In this document: piece by piece, positions 56,334-64,000 of the stretch | Position numbering within the stretch: position 1 is the stretch's first letter | Layout: each line of letters starts with the position of its first letter | Notes under the pieces: model-generated | What the model was told of the DNA's origin: nothing | Databases searched by the model: none | The model's input: only the letters and a program-made list of their open reading frames with translations | Translations under genes and position numbers: made by a program | Assembly (NCBI GenBank): GCA_016928875.1 | Contig: JAFGJY010000019.1 | Coordinates: forward strand, 1,996 to 65,995 | Direction: 5' to 3' | Length of the DNA: 64,000 nucleotides | Source of the DNA: Candidatus Omnitrophota bacterium | GTDB taxonomy: Bacteria > Omnitrophota > Omnitrophia > JAHJGZ01 > JAFGJY01

Positions 56334-58034
56334 TTAATTACCTTCCCCTATCGGCAGGCGTATCGTGAATGTCGTACCTTTTCCGACCTGGCTGTCTAAT
56401 AAGATCTGCCCGCCGTGATTGGCCACGATGTCCGAACTCACCGACAACCCAAGCCCGGTTCCTTTGCCCTCGCCCTTGGTCGTAAAGAGCGCCTGAAAGA
56501 TCTTTTGTTTAATATCGTCCGGTATCCCGTGGCCGGTATCCGTAAACAGCGTATCGACCCATTTCCCGTCCGTTAGCTTTGTCGTGATCGTGAGACTGCC
56601 GCCATGCTCGAGCATGGAATCCTTGGCATTGATGATCATATTGAGGAACACCTGCTGGATCTGGTTCGGATCGACCAAGACCTTAGGAATGTCCTCGCCC
56701 AAGTGCTTAATGACCTCGATCGCGTTCTTGCTCATGTGATAGCGCGCGACCTCAAGTGCCGCCTCCGCGATATCATTGACACTGTTTGGCGCGGTCTCCG
56801 CCTTTTTCTTGCGCGCCAAATGCAGGAGGTCCTTGGCGATCTTATGGCAACGCTGGCCTTCTTTGTTGATCACACCCGCGTATTTGATGTAATTTTTTAT
56901 ATTTTCCTCGGCAAGTTTGCCTGCCTCGAGGTTCTTGCCTATTAATTCAGAATAACTGATCACACTGGTGAGCGGGTTATTGATCTCATGCACGATCCCG
57001 CCCGCAAGCGCACCGAGGGCTGCGATCTTCTCTGCCTCAACTAACGCTGCTTGTCTGTTCTTGAGCTCTTCGTACGCCCGCTTAAGATCATCGAATAGTT
57101 GCGCGTTCGCTATTGCCAGCCCCACCTCACGCGAAACAACACTTAAGAGCTCCAGGTCCTCCTGCGTAAACGCCTTTGTAGCGCTCTTTGTATCTACGTT
57201 CAGGATCCCCAGGATCTCGTCTTTATGCTTGATCGGCACGCACATCGCGGAGCGGATCTGATGGAAGATGATACTTTCCGAGACCTGCATGTTCTTTTTG
57301 TCTTGCGCATCCGAAATGAGCAACGCCTCGCCGCGCTTTACTACCTGATCGATGATCGTGCGTGAGATCGCGATCTCGGCTGAGCTCTTTGATCCTGACT
57401 TGGTCTTATGGACCACCTGTGGCAGCGGCTCCTTCGTCTCTTTGTCAAGAAGCAGAATATAACCGCGGTCCGCTTTTGTGATGTCCAGTACCAGCGCGAG
57501 GATCTTATCGAGCACGGTCGGCATATCTTCGACCGTACCGATACTGTAATTTACCTTGTAGAGAATATTAAGGCGCTCATACGCGCTCGTGAGTTTTGCG
57601 GGATCGGCCTTCACCTCTTCGGCTGTGACCGGTTTTACCTGATCGGGCTTAACCGAAAATTGAACGGTAAGGCCGTCAAGTATCTGACCGGCTTCGCCGA
57701 TCGTGACCCGCGATATATTCTCTGCGCCCTCGGCCCGTTCAAGCGCTGAATCGGACATGAAGGTCAGACTGATCTTGCCCAGCCGTATCTCGTCGCCGAA
57801 CTTCAGGACTTTATGCGCGACCTTATCGTTATTGACGAATGTCCCGTTCGTGCTGCCAAGGTCTTCGATCATGTACCCGTCCGAGGTCCATGAAATGCGC
57901 GCGTGCGTACGCGAGACCTGCTGGTCTGGCACGACGATATTGTTCGACCCATCGCGGCCTATCGAGACTTCGGCTGCGCTTATCCTCAGTTCTTCGCCCG
58001 CTCGCTCTCCTGTATTGACTATCAACTTTGGCAT
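56334..58034 (-). CDS. sensor histidine kinase with N-terminal FHA and central GAF domains
   Basis: FHA (GRDGSNNIVV..SRTHARI..GSTNGTFVN), GAF, HisKA HEINNPLTSV, HATPase GTGLGLSVS. Confidence 0.8.
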   Translation of the reverse strand: MPKLIVNTGERAGEELRISAAEVSIGRDGSNNIVVPDQQVSRTHARISWTSDGYMIEDLGSTNGTFVNNDKVAHKVLKFGDEIRLGKISLTFMSDSALERAEGAENISRVTIGEAGQILDGLTVQFSVKPDQVKPVTAEEVKADPAKLTSAYERLNILYKVNYSIGTVEDMPTVLDKILALVLDITKADRGYILLLDKETKEPLPQVVHKTKSGSKSSAEIAISRTIIDQVVKRGEALLISDAQDKKNMQVSESIIFHQIRSAMCVPIKHKDEILGILNVDTKSATKAFTQEDLELLSVVSREVGLAIANAQLFDDLKRAYEELKNRQAALVEAEKIAALGALAGGIVHEINNPLTSVISYSELIGKNLEAGKLAEENIKNYIKYAGVINKEGQRCHKIAKDLLHLARKKKAETAPNSVNDIAEAALEVARYHMSKNAIEVIKHLGEDIPKVLVDPNQIQQVFLNMIINAKDSMLEHGGSLTITTKLTDGKWVDTLFTDTGHGIPDDIKQKIFQALFTTKGEGKGTGLGLSVSSDIVANHGGQILLDSQVGKGTTFTIRLPIGEGN

Positions 58035-58082
58035 CGTGTACTCCTTTGTGAAAATGTATCAAAACCCAAAACAAAATAATTC

Positions 58083-58230
58083 TCCCCTTGAGGGGAGTGG
58101 CTCCGCAGGAGCCGACCTTGTCCCGTTGGATTCCACCGCCTGTGGCGGGGTCCCTTTGCGGGAGGGGTGTTGCGTACCTATTCTCAACATCCCCCTGCGA
58201 CTTCGTCGCTTCCCCCTTCAAAGGGGGACT
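58083..58230. repeat. multi-hairpin intergenic repeat, family B
   Basis: ccccttgaggggag, ggctccgcaggagcc and ccgcctgtggcgg hairpins, then gggtgttgcgtacc...ccccctgcgacttcgtcgcttcccccttcaaagggggac, homologous to 50601-50737. Confidence 0.7.
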
Positions 58231-58286
58231 CCCTCTACTACAAAACCAATTATTTGTTTAAAAAAACGGATAATAAAACATCTACG

Positions 58287-59606
58287 TCAGCCCAGCCGCT
58301 CCTGGGCCTCTGCCCTGAGCCGTCCGGTATCATCATACTTAACTACGCTTTGCCATGCCTTGCGTGCATCGGCCGTCTTGCCTTTCTTCTCCAGCGCGAG
58401 CGCCAGCTCTCGATAGTATGGCGCATGATCAGGACGCAGCATGATCGCTTTTTTGAGCGCGTATATCGCCTGATCGACCTCACCGATACTCATAAGTTTC
58501 TCTGCCTGCGAAACCTTCTCCTCAGCCTGCTCGAGGACCTTAAGATGACGCTCAACTTCTCCCATGAGATCTTTTTCGCCCAAGATCATCGATTTTGCCT
58601 TCTCAATGTACTCCTCACTGTACAATCTGATCTCATCTTTGTATTTCGGCACAAAGTACACTGCAAGCGCCCCTATCACCGCGATCACAATGAGCCCCAT
58701 CGGAAACCTCTTGGTGCCAGGCACGGTGTCAGGCACGGTGCCAGGCACCACTCTGGTCGCACCCTGCATGATCACCGTTGCGGATTCCTTGTTCTCAGGC
58801 GCCTTGGCAACGAATGCTTTAATGTCACTTATAAGATCGTCCGCGCGCTGATACCGCTCACCGAGATTCTTTGCCATTGCCTTTAACGTAATACGCTCTA
58901 CTTCAGGCGGGATTCCCTTTACGAATGTACTCATCGGCGGCGGCGCCTCTTGTTTATGTTTCTGGAAGATCGCCTGAAATGACTCGCCCTGGAACGGCGT
59001 CCGTCCGGTAAGCATTTCATACATGGTTACCCCAAGCGCGTAAATGTCAGTACGCGAATCAACCTGATCCCCATCGATCTGTTCCGGGGACATGTACTCC
59101 GGTGTCCCCATTGATGACCCCGTTGCAGTTAATTTGGTCACACCCGGCAATTTTACAAGACCGAAATCCATGACCTTAACCACGCCTTGGTTCGTGATCA
59201 TGATGTTCGCCGGCTTGATATCACGGTGATACATGAGTTCTTTATGCGCATAGGCCAGCACATCTGCAACCTGCACAATGATCGATAATGTTTGGTCAAC
59301 TGAGAAACGGCCCTTGTTCTTTATAAGGGTCTTCAGATTATCACCCTCGACATATTCCATGGCGATGTAATGGCTCCCGCCGCTTGCGCCGACCTCATAG
59401 ACCTCGATGATGTTCGGATGTTTAAGCCGCTGCACTGCTGCAGCCTCACGATTGAAACGCCCGACCATGCTTGGATCGACCATCGTCTGCAAGAGCACCT
59501 TGATCGCCGCGACCTTACCTGCCGCATTGACCCCTTTGTAGACGACCGCCATGCCGCCTTTGCCGATCTCCCGTTGAATTTTAAATTTACCGATCTCTTT
59601 TTCCAT
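58287..59606 (-). CDS. Hanks-type Ser/Thr protein kinase with TM and C-terminal TPR
   Basis: GKGGMAVVYKG, HRDIKPANI, DFGL, GTPEYMSPE; a TM near aa 300; TPR-like tail. Confidence 0.85.
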   Translation of the reverse strand: MEKEIGKFKIQREIGKGGMAVVYKGVNAAGKVAAIKVLLQTMVDPSMVGRFNREAAAVQRLKHPNIIEVYEVGASGGSHYIAMEYVEGDNLKTLIKNKGRFSVDQTLSIIVQVADVLAYAHKELMYHRDIKPANIMITNQGVVKVMDFGLVKLPGVTKLTATGSSMGTPEYMSPEQIDGDQVDSRTDIYALGVTMYEMLTGRTPFQGESFQAIFQKHKQEAPPPMSTFVKGIPPEVERITLKAMAKNLGERYQRADDLISDIKAFVAKAPENKESATVIMQGATRVVPGTVPDTVPGTKRFPMGLIVIAVIGALAVYFVPKYKDEIRLYSEEYIEKAKSMILGEKDLMGEVERHLKVLEQAEEKVSQAEKLMSIGEVDQAIYALKKAIMLRPDHAPYYRELALALEKKGKTADARKAWQSVVKYDDTGRLRAEAQERLG

Positions 59607-59636
59607 ATTGTTCTCCTAATGGCTTCTCCTCTTTAT

Positions 59637-59706
59637 GTCATCCCCGCGGACGCGGGGATCTCAGTTCTTAGATCCCGGCTCTTCGCTATGCTTCGGCCGG
59701 GACGAC
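59637..59706. repeat. REP-like nested-hairpin repeat, family A
   Basis: gtcatccccgcggacgcggggatctcagttcttagatcccggctcttcgctatgcttcggccgggacgac. Confidence 0.75.
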
Positions 59707-59760
59707 CTTAAAAGGGCATTACCCAACCGCGTAGGTTGATTTTAACACCAATTGTTATGT

Positions 59761-60873
59761 TCAATCTGTCGAATGCCCTTTCCACGACACGACCTCAATA
59801 TGATCAGGCCCTGAATCTCCCCCGGTGAAATTATACGGCCGAAGTGTCGGGTCATAATTGATGGTAAAATCCGTAAGCATCTCCGGCACAGGATCCAAAT
59901 AAATGTTCTGGCGCGCAACCACCGCCCCGTTGATCACTATGTTTTGCACACTATCAAAATATATATTCCCGCGAGCATACACAAGTCCGTTAATGCGAAC
60001 GTCACTTAGCGGTCCCGTCAATAAATGATTGAATTGGATATTGCCGCCCGCCACCAAAGCCGGATAATCATTTGTAGACCGATCCGCGTACAGGGTAAAT
60101 CCATCGGCATCGGTATGAATATAGATATCACCGGTCGCAACAATAAAACCCGTAATGCTCACATTCTGCGCGTTAATATACACATCACCATCAACGAAAT
60201 AACTTTGTTCGTCTTCCATGTAATCAGTACTAAGGACATAGTCGCCCATGTGGGTAACGCTTGCATGCGATTGATAGGCAAGCGTCAGGTTCCCGCTCCC
60301 CGCGACATCAGGGATCTTGAGAATCCCTTCTGACGGAAGGCCGAATGACTCTATCGTACCAACAAGCGAAAGGTCGGACGCATATGCTAAGTTCGGCGAA
60401 TACTGATAATATGCACGCACATTACCATTGATCGTGCCCGTTATTTGTGTCACTGTCCCCGAATAATCAATGCTGCGTCCGGCGAGTATCGCACTGGTAA
60501 ACCCGCTGTTATTCAAGACCGCTTCAAGCGATTTGCGATACATCGTATCGCCCGCGACCTCCACTAAACACGTGTGATCGCTCGCGGTATAACTAATACG
60601 ATAATCATTTGCAGAATCATTATTAATGTCGCAATAAAGATACCCCACAGGAGAATCCAAACTATTTGCACCTAATAATTCCAAGTAAGCCATCATGTGA
60701 TAAAGGCCTGCCTGAGCATCATATTGTCGCTTGAGCATGAGATAGTGGCTATCGGCGATCTTTGTATCAAGACGCATCGCGCCCAAATAGGTAACACCGA
60801 CAGTTATTATCAGCATACCGATACCGAGCGCTATTATATAAACGATCCCTGAATTTTGCGTGGTCCGCAACAT
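59761..60873 (-). CDS. GspK/PilX-like minor pseudopilin (large, N-terminal TM)
   Basis: 370 aa with an N-terminal hydrophobic segment; position after the G-H-I-J-like genes. Confidence 0.4.
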   Translation of the reverse strand: MLRTTQNSGIVYIIALGIGMLIITVGVTYLGAMRLDTKIADSHYLMLKRQYDAQAGLYHMMAYLELLGANSLDSPVGYLYCDINNDSANDYRISYTASDHTCLVEVAGDTMYRKSLEAVLNNSGFTSAILAGRSIDYSGTVTQITGTINGNVRAYYQYSPNLAYASDLSLVGTIESFGLPSEGILKIPDVAGSGNLTLAYQSHASVTHMGDYVLSTDYMEDEQSYFVDGDVYINAQNVSITGFIVATGDIYIHTDADGFTLYADRSTNDYPALVAGGNIQFNHLLTGPLSDVRINGLVYARGNIYFDSVQNIVINGAVVARQNIYLDPVPEMLTDFTINYDPTLRPYNFTGGDSGPDHIEVVSWKGHSTD

Positions 60874-60888
60874 ATCACCCTTTGAGTA

Positions 60889-61440
60889 TCATACATTTCT
60901 CATACAAGCAGTGGCTATCAGTCTGACTTCATTCCCGAACTCATCTAATACGCCGAGCGTTACTTCCACGGCGACCACGGCATCATGTACTCCCATCGCA
61001 TTAGTAAGGCCACCCGTCGTGTTCTCTTTAAGCAATCGCGTCTGCAATACTGAAATACGAATGTCGCCCGGCCCAACGCCTGCGATAACTGTTGCGGGCT
61101 CGCCATTGATCGACCGCTCCAAAACGTCACCGTTTTTGTGATAGAGAATGACTTCTGCATGCCAATCATCATTGACGCGCGTGCGCGTATAAAATTCAAG
61201 TACGTCGGTCGGAGCGCCTTTTATCTTTGCCGCATACCGTAGGTCTCTTATTATTTTATCCATCGCAAGACGCGCATGCTGCAATGCTTCATTGTTGCTG
61301 AACGTTAAGCGGCTATTTGTAAGCGAGACTTGAAATGCCATAGCCACCGCAGAGATAATGACCGCGCTTACCGCTAATGACAATATAACCTCAAAAAGGG
61401 TAAATCCCGTCTTTGATGATCGCCGTATATGCATTATCAT
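60889..61440 (-). CDS. prepilin-type N-terminal cleavage/methylation domain protein (GspJ/PilW-like)
   Basis: KTGFTLFEVILSLAV prepilin motif. Confidence 0.7.
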   Translation of the reverse strand: MIMHIRRSSKTGFTLFEVILSLAVSAVIISAVAMAFQVSLTNSRLTFSNNEALQHARLAMDKIIRDLRYAAKIKGAPTDVLEFYTRTRVNDDWHAEVILYHKNGDVLERSINGEPATVIAGVGPGDIRISVLQTRLLKENTTGGLTNAMGVHDAVVAVEVTLGVLDEFGNEVRLIATACMRNV

Positions 61441-61485
61441 TGTGATCCCCCCCTCGCGCGGACAAATATAGCGATATGATCGTAA

Positions 61486-61875
61486 CTATTGACTATGGGG
61501 CAAAAACGTTTCTATCTCAACCTGATGTTTGATATCACCCGCGGGCCATGCTACAGTCACGACCACTCGTTTTAAGTACATTTCCAGTCCCGCCGGCACA
61601 TGCCCCGTGCCGATCTTTTCTACAACAGTATACATGTACTGGCTAAATTGAGCCTCAGGAAAAATGGCACTCCCGTTAACATGCTCATCTGCGGGAAGTG
61701 CGCTGATCTCTTCCAATTTCCGCTCAAGGAGAAATAGTGCAATAGAGCGTTCCTTATTGAGTCGTGAGAATTTCGTGCCGCATTGCATGAATGTGATGCC
61801 GGAAACAACTATAACCCCCATCACAAATAGCGCAGCTACCGCTTCGATCAACGTAAACGACCGTTTATTGAACAA
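61486..61875 (-). CDS. prepilin-type protein (GspI/PilV-like)
   Basis: KRSFTLIEAVAALFV prepilin motif; 129 aa. Confidence 0.7.
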   Translation of the reverse strand: MFNKRSFTLIEAVAALFVMGVIVVSGITFMQCGTKFSRLNKERSIALFLLERKLEEISALPADEHVNGSAIFPEAQFSQYMYTVVEKIGTGHVPAGLEMYLKRVVVTVAWPAGDIKHQVEIETFLPHSQ

Positions 61876-61894
61876 AATTCCTCCTTACCGTATA

Positions 61895-62407
61895 TTATGC
61901 TGCAGTCACGGTGATCCTGCCGGATATCGGTTCAACCGTCACGTCATATGCTATCCCTGAAGCAGATTCGTGAACAAGCCGTACCGTACCGCCTTCATTC
62001 GGCTCGCCGAACTCATTAAAACGTATGCTGGGCATAGGGAGCGAATCCCACACGATAATTCTGGAGAATGTTATCGGCCCGAACTCCACATTGTCCGGCA
62101 GATGCTCAAATCCTCTGTTCGGGAACGTTCCGTCGGCATTAATATCAGTATCGCTATCGCTATAATGGAATGAATATTGATGTGGAATCTCCGAGTTGTC
62201 GAAGCGTAATGCCCACATTTTCCCTTCAGCGATTGCCCGCTGCTGCACGTCCCATAATAGATATTTCAGCTCCATCGCCGCATTCTTAACGTCATTCTTC
62301 GGAACGTTCTGTATGATCTTAGGCACAATAATACTGGCAGAAACAGCGATTATCATGATCGCCATGATGAGCTCTAAGATAGTAAACCCTTGCCTATGTC
62401 GTGCCAT
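61895..62407 (-). CDS. prepilin-type protein (GspH/FimT-like)
   Basis: The internal start MARHRQGFTILELIMAI carries the prepilin motif; the longer ORF start at 62560 is unlikely. Confidence 0.65.
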   Translation of the reverse strand: MARHRQGFTILELIMAIMIIAVSASIIVPKIIQNVPKNDVKNAAMELKYLLWDVQQRAIAEGKMWALRFDNSEIPHQYSFHYSDSDTDINADGTFPNRGFEHLPDNVEFGPITFSRIIVWDSLPMPSIRFNEFGEPNEGGTVRLVHESASGIAYDVTVEPISGRITVTAA

Positions 62408-62432
62408 GTTACGAGAATAATTCAAAATTGGA

Positions 62433-62876
62433 TTACCATTGATCATACGTAGTCGTACCATCGGCTGTCGGTGCGGCGCTGTTAACATAAATATCATATT
62501 CGGTAGGTGAAACATAATAATACCACCACCCACCGTTGTTACCAGAAGGCATCGCACCACCCATCACTATTGCATTCGACACTGGATTGGTCGCATTGAT
62601 CACACGCGCATCGGGAATACTTCTCATCATCGTTAGCAACGCTGTTTCAAGCGTAGGCCCGGTAATAGGCAACACATTAGCATCATCAGACATATACATC
62701 TGCAACGCTGATCTCAGATTTTCTAAATTCGCTCTTGTTGCTGCGTCATCAGCCTTTGTTTTCTGGCTTGAGAATTTCGGCATGATGATGGCCGCCAGCA
62801 CACCGATGATCGCGATGACCATCACAAGCTCGACCAGCGTGAAGCCTTTCCTTTTCCGAACGAACACCTTGAACAT
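62433..62876 (-). CDS. major pseudopilin/pilin (GspG/PilA-like)
   Basis: KGFTLVELVMVIAIIGVLAAI is a class III signal peptide. Confidence 0.8.
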   Translation of the reverse strand: MFKVFVRKRKGFTLVELVMVIAIIGVLAAIIMPKFSSQKTKADDAATRANLENLRSALQMYMSDDANVLPITGPTLETALLTMMRSIPDARVINATNPVSNAIVMGGAMPSGNNGGWWYYYVSPTEYDIYVNSAAPTADGTTTYDQW

Positions 62877-62919
62877 AATCCCTCCTTTGTGATATTAGTT
62901 GTAGTGTAGTAATACGTAA

Positions 62920-64000
62920 TCATCCCATGCTTTGCATGATATCCGTAAGCGGCATAAAGATCGATACCGCGATAAACCCAACGATGATAGTCATAAAAAT
63001 GATCAAGACCGGTTCGATGATCTTGGTAAAGTTCTTGATCATATTGTCGACTTCACGTGTGTAATAGCTCGCTACTTTCGCAAGCATCTTATCGAGCTCC
63101 CCTGTCTCTTCACCTACGTTGATCATATTGACCACCATCTGCGGAAAAAGTTTACTCTCATCAAGCGGCTGCGAGATCGAACGGCCTTCTTTGACGCGCA
63201 CTGAAACGTCCTTGAGCACTTTTACGACCAACGTATTGTCGATCGTGTCCATCGCGACCTCAAGGGCCACAAGGATCGTAATGCCGCTGCTGACAAGTAT
63301 CGATAGTGTTTGCGCGAATTGTGAGACGATGGATTTAGTCACGACCATACCTATGACAGGAATCTTAAGAATAAAACGATCATACACTATACGACCTGGT
63401 TTTGTGTTGTGAACCAGCTTAAGAAAGAAAACAATGGCGCTTACGGCTATCAAGACCAAGTACCATTTCTCTCGTAAGAAGGTGCTTACATTAAGCAAGA
63501 ATTGTGTCGGTCCGGGGATCGGTGTCCCCAGGTCTTCGAAGACCAGCATGAATTTGGGCAACACAAAGGTTACCAGGAAGAACGCCACTCCGATACACGC
63601 TGTTAGCAGTATCGCCGGGTAACTGAGCGCGGATCTGATATTCGATTGGACTTCAGCCTGTTTCTCAAGATATTCCGCAAGCCGCCTGACCATTTCATCC
63701 AGCACCCCTCCAACTTCACCCGCAGCGGCCATCTGAACGTAAAGCCGCGAGAAATAGTGCGGATGCTCCCGCAATGCTTCTGAAAACGATGCGCCTTCTT
63801 CGATCCTGCGGATCATGGTCTGCACGATCGACTTCCATTTTTTATCCTCCATCTGTGTCTCAAGGGTTTTGAGCGCATTGATAAGCGGCAAGCCCGCATC
63901 GAGCATGGTGTAAAGTTGCCAGCTAAAGACTGAGACCTCGGTCAGTTTCGCCTTTTTAGGGCCAAAGAGCGGAATATCAAAGAGGGACTTTTTCGATGAT
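62920..64000 (-). CDS. GspF/PilC-family inner-membrane platform protein, 3'-partial in the window (the N-terminus runs off the end)
   Basis: The reading frame stays open to position 64000 (..FGPKKAKLTEVSVFSWQLYTMLDAGLPL, the T2SF domain motif); there is a second T2SF-like repeat and 3 TM helices. Confidence 0.8.
   Translation of the reverse strand, partial: SSKKSLFDIPLFGPKKAKLTEVSVFSWQLYTMLDAGLPLINALKTLETQMEDKKWKSIVQTMIRRIEEGASFSEALREHPHYFSRLYVQMAAAGEVGGVLDEMVRRLAEYLEKQAEVQSNIRSALSYPAILLTACIGVAFFLVTFVLPKFMLVFEDLGTPIPGPTQFLLNVSTFLREKWYLVLIAVSAIVFFLKLVHNTKPGRIVYDRFILKIPVIGMVVTKSIVSQFAQTLSILVSSGITILVALEVAMDTIDNTLVVKVLKDVSVRVKEGRSISQPLDESKLFPQMVVNMINVGEETGELDKMLAKVASYYTREVDNMIKNFTKIIEPVLIIFMTIIVGFIAVSIFMPLTDIMQSMG

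Noticed and set aside
55339-58886. Long plus-strand ORFs (55339-56154, 57703-58416, 58167-58886) and 52739-53269
   Set aside because: All are antisense to well-supported genes (pilM, histidine kinase, Ser/Thr kinase, phosphoesterase). They are Ser/Arg/Ala-rich low-complexity translations without motifs.
47061-59706. CRISPR array
   Set aside because: The repeated units are palindromic and of variable length. They are scattered between genes rather than regularly spaced with unique spacers, and there are no cas genes. They are REP-like elements, not CRISPR.

Overview
This 64-kb window appears to come from an anaerobic bacterium. It is rich in radical-SAM enzymes and carries O2-independent U32 hydroxylase homologues and a Bat/MoxR aerotolerance operon. 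From about 2.0 to 46.2 kb, with all genes but two on the minus strand, the sequence is a very large, mosaic peptide-modification (RiPP-like) supercluster that matches no named RiPP class I recognise. It encodes five intact and one decayed Cys/Gly-rich precursor genes with a shared KK-Y-x-x-P-x-I leader, each beside an HPr-kinase-related P-loop kinase (four intact, one pseudogene). A sixth, unrelated precursor is tightly coupled to a PqqD-like RRE. There are five rSAM-SPASM maturases, one further rSAM, a MiaB/RimO-like methylthiotransferase rSAM, a B12-binding rSAM, two UbiU/UbiV-like U32 pairs and two QueG-like Fe-S proteins. Also present are two S26-type (GxSMxP) peptidases, two fused ABC exporters, a nucleotidyltransferase, a methyltransferase, and glycosyltransferases with an ABC-2 exporter. 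The 29.3-46.6 kb part is bracketed by direct repeats derived from a tRNA-Asp/tRNA-Val pair. The intact tRNAs lie at 46.57-46.74 kb, followed by a disrupted tRNA-Val copy. Gene-fragment remnants (an ABC 3' end, a TPR gene piece, a precursor leader, a kinase pseudogene) show repeated cassette shuffling. The 47-64 kb stretch is ordinary chromosome. It holds the Bat/MoxR/DUF58 operon, a response regulator, pilMNOP, an FHA-GAF histidine kinase, a Hanks-type Ser/Thr kinase, GspG-H-I-J-K-like pseudopilins and 3'-partial GspF. Two families of REP-like nested-hairpin intergenic repeats sit in its intergenic gaps. The 5' end carries a partial PabB-PabC fusion. All calls rest on motifs I could read in the supplied translations and DNA; no database search was run.
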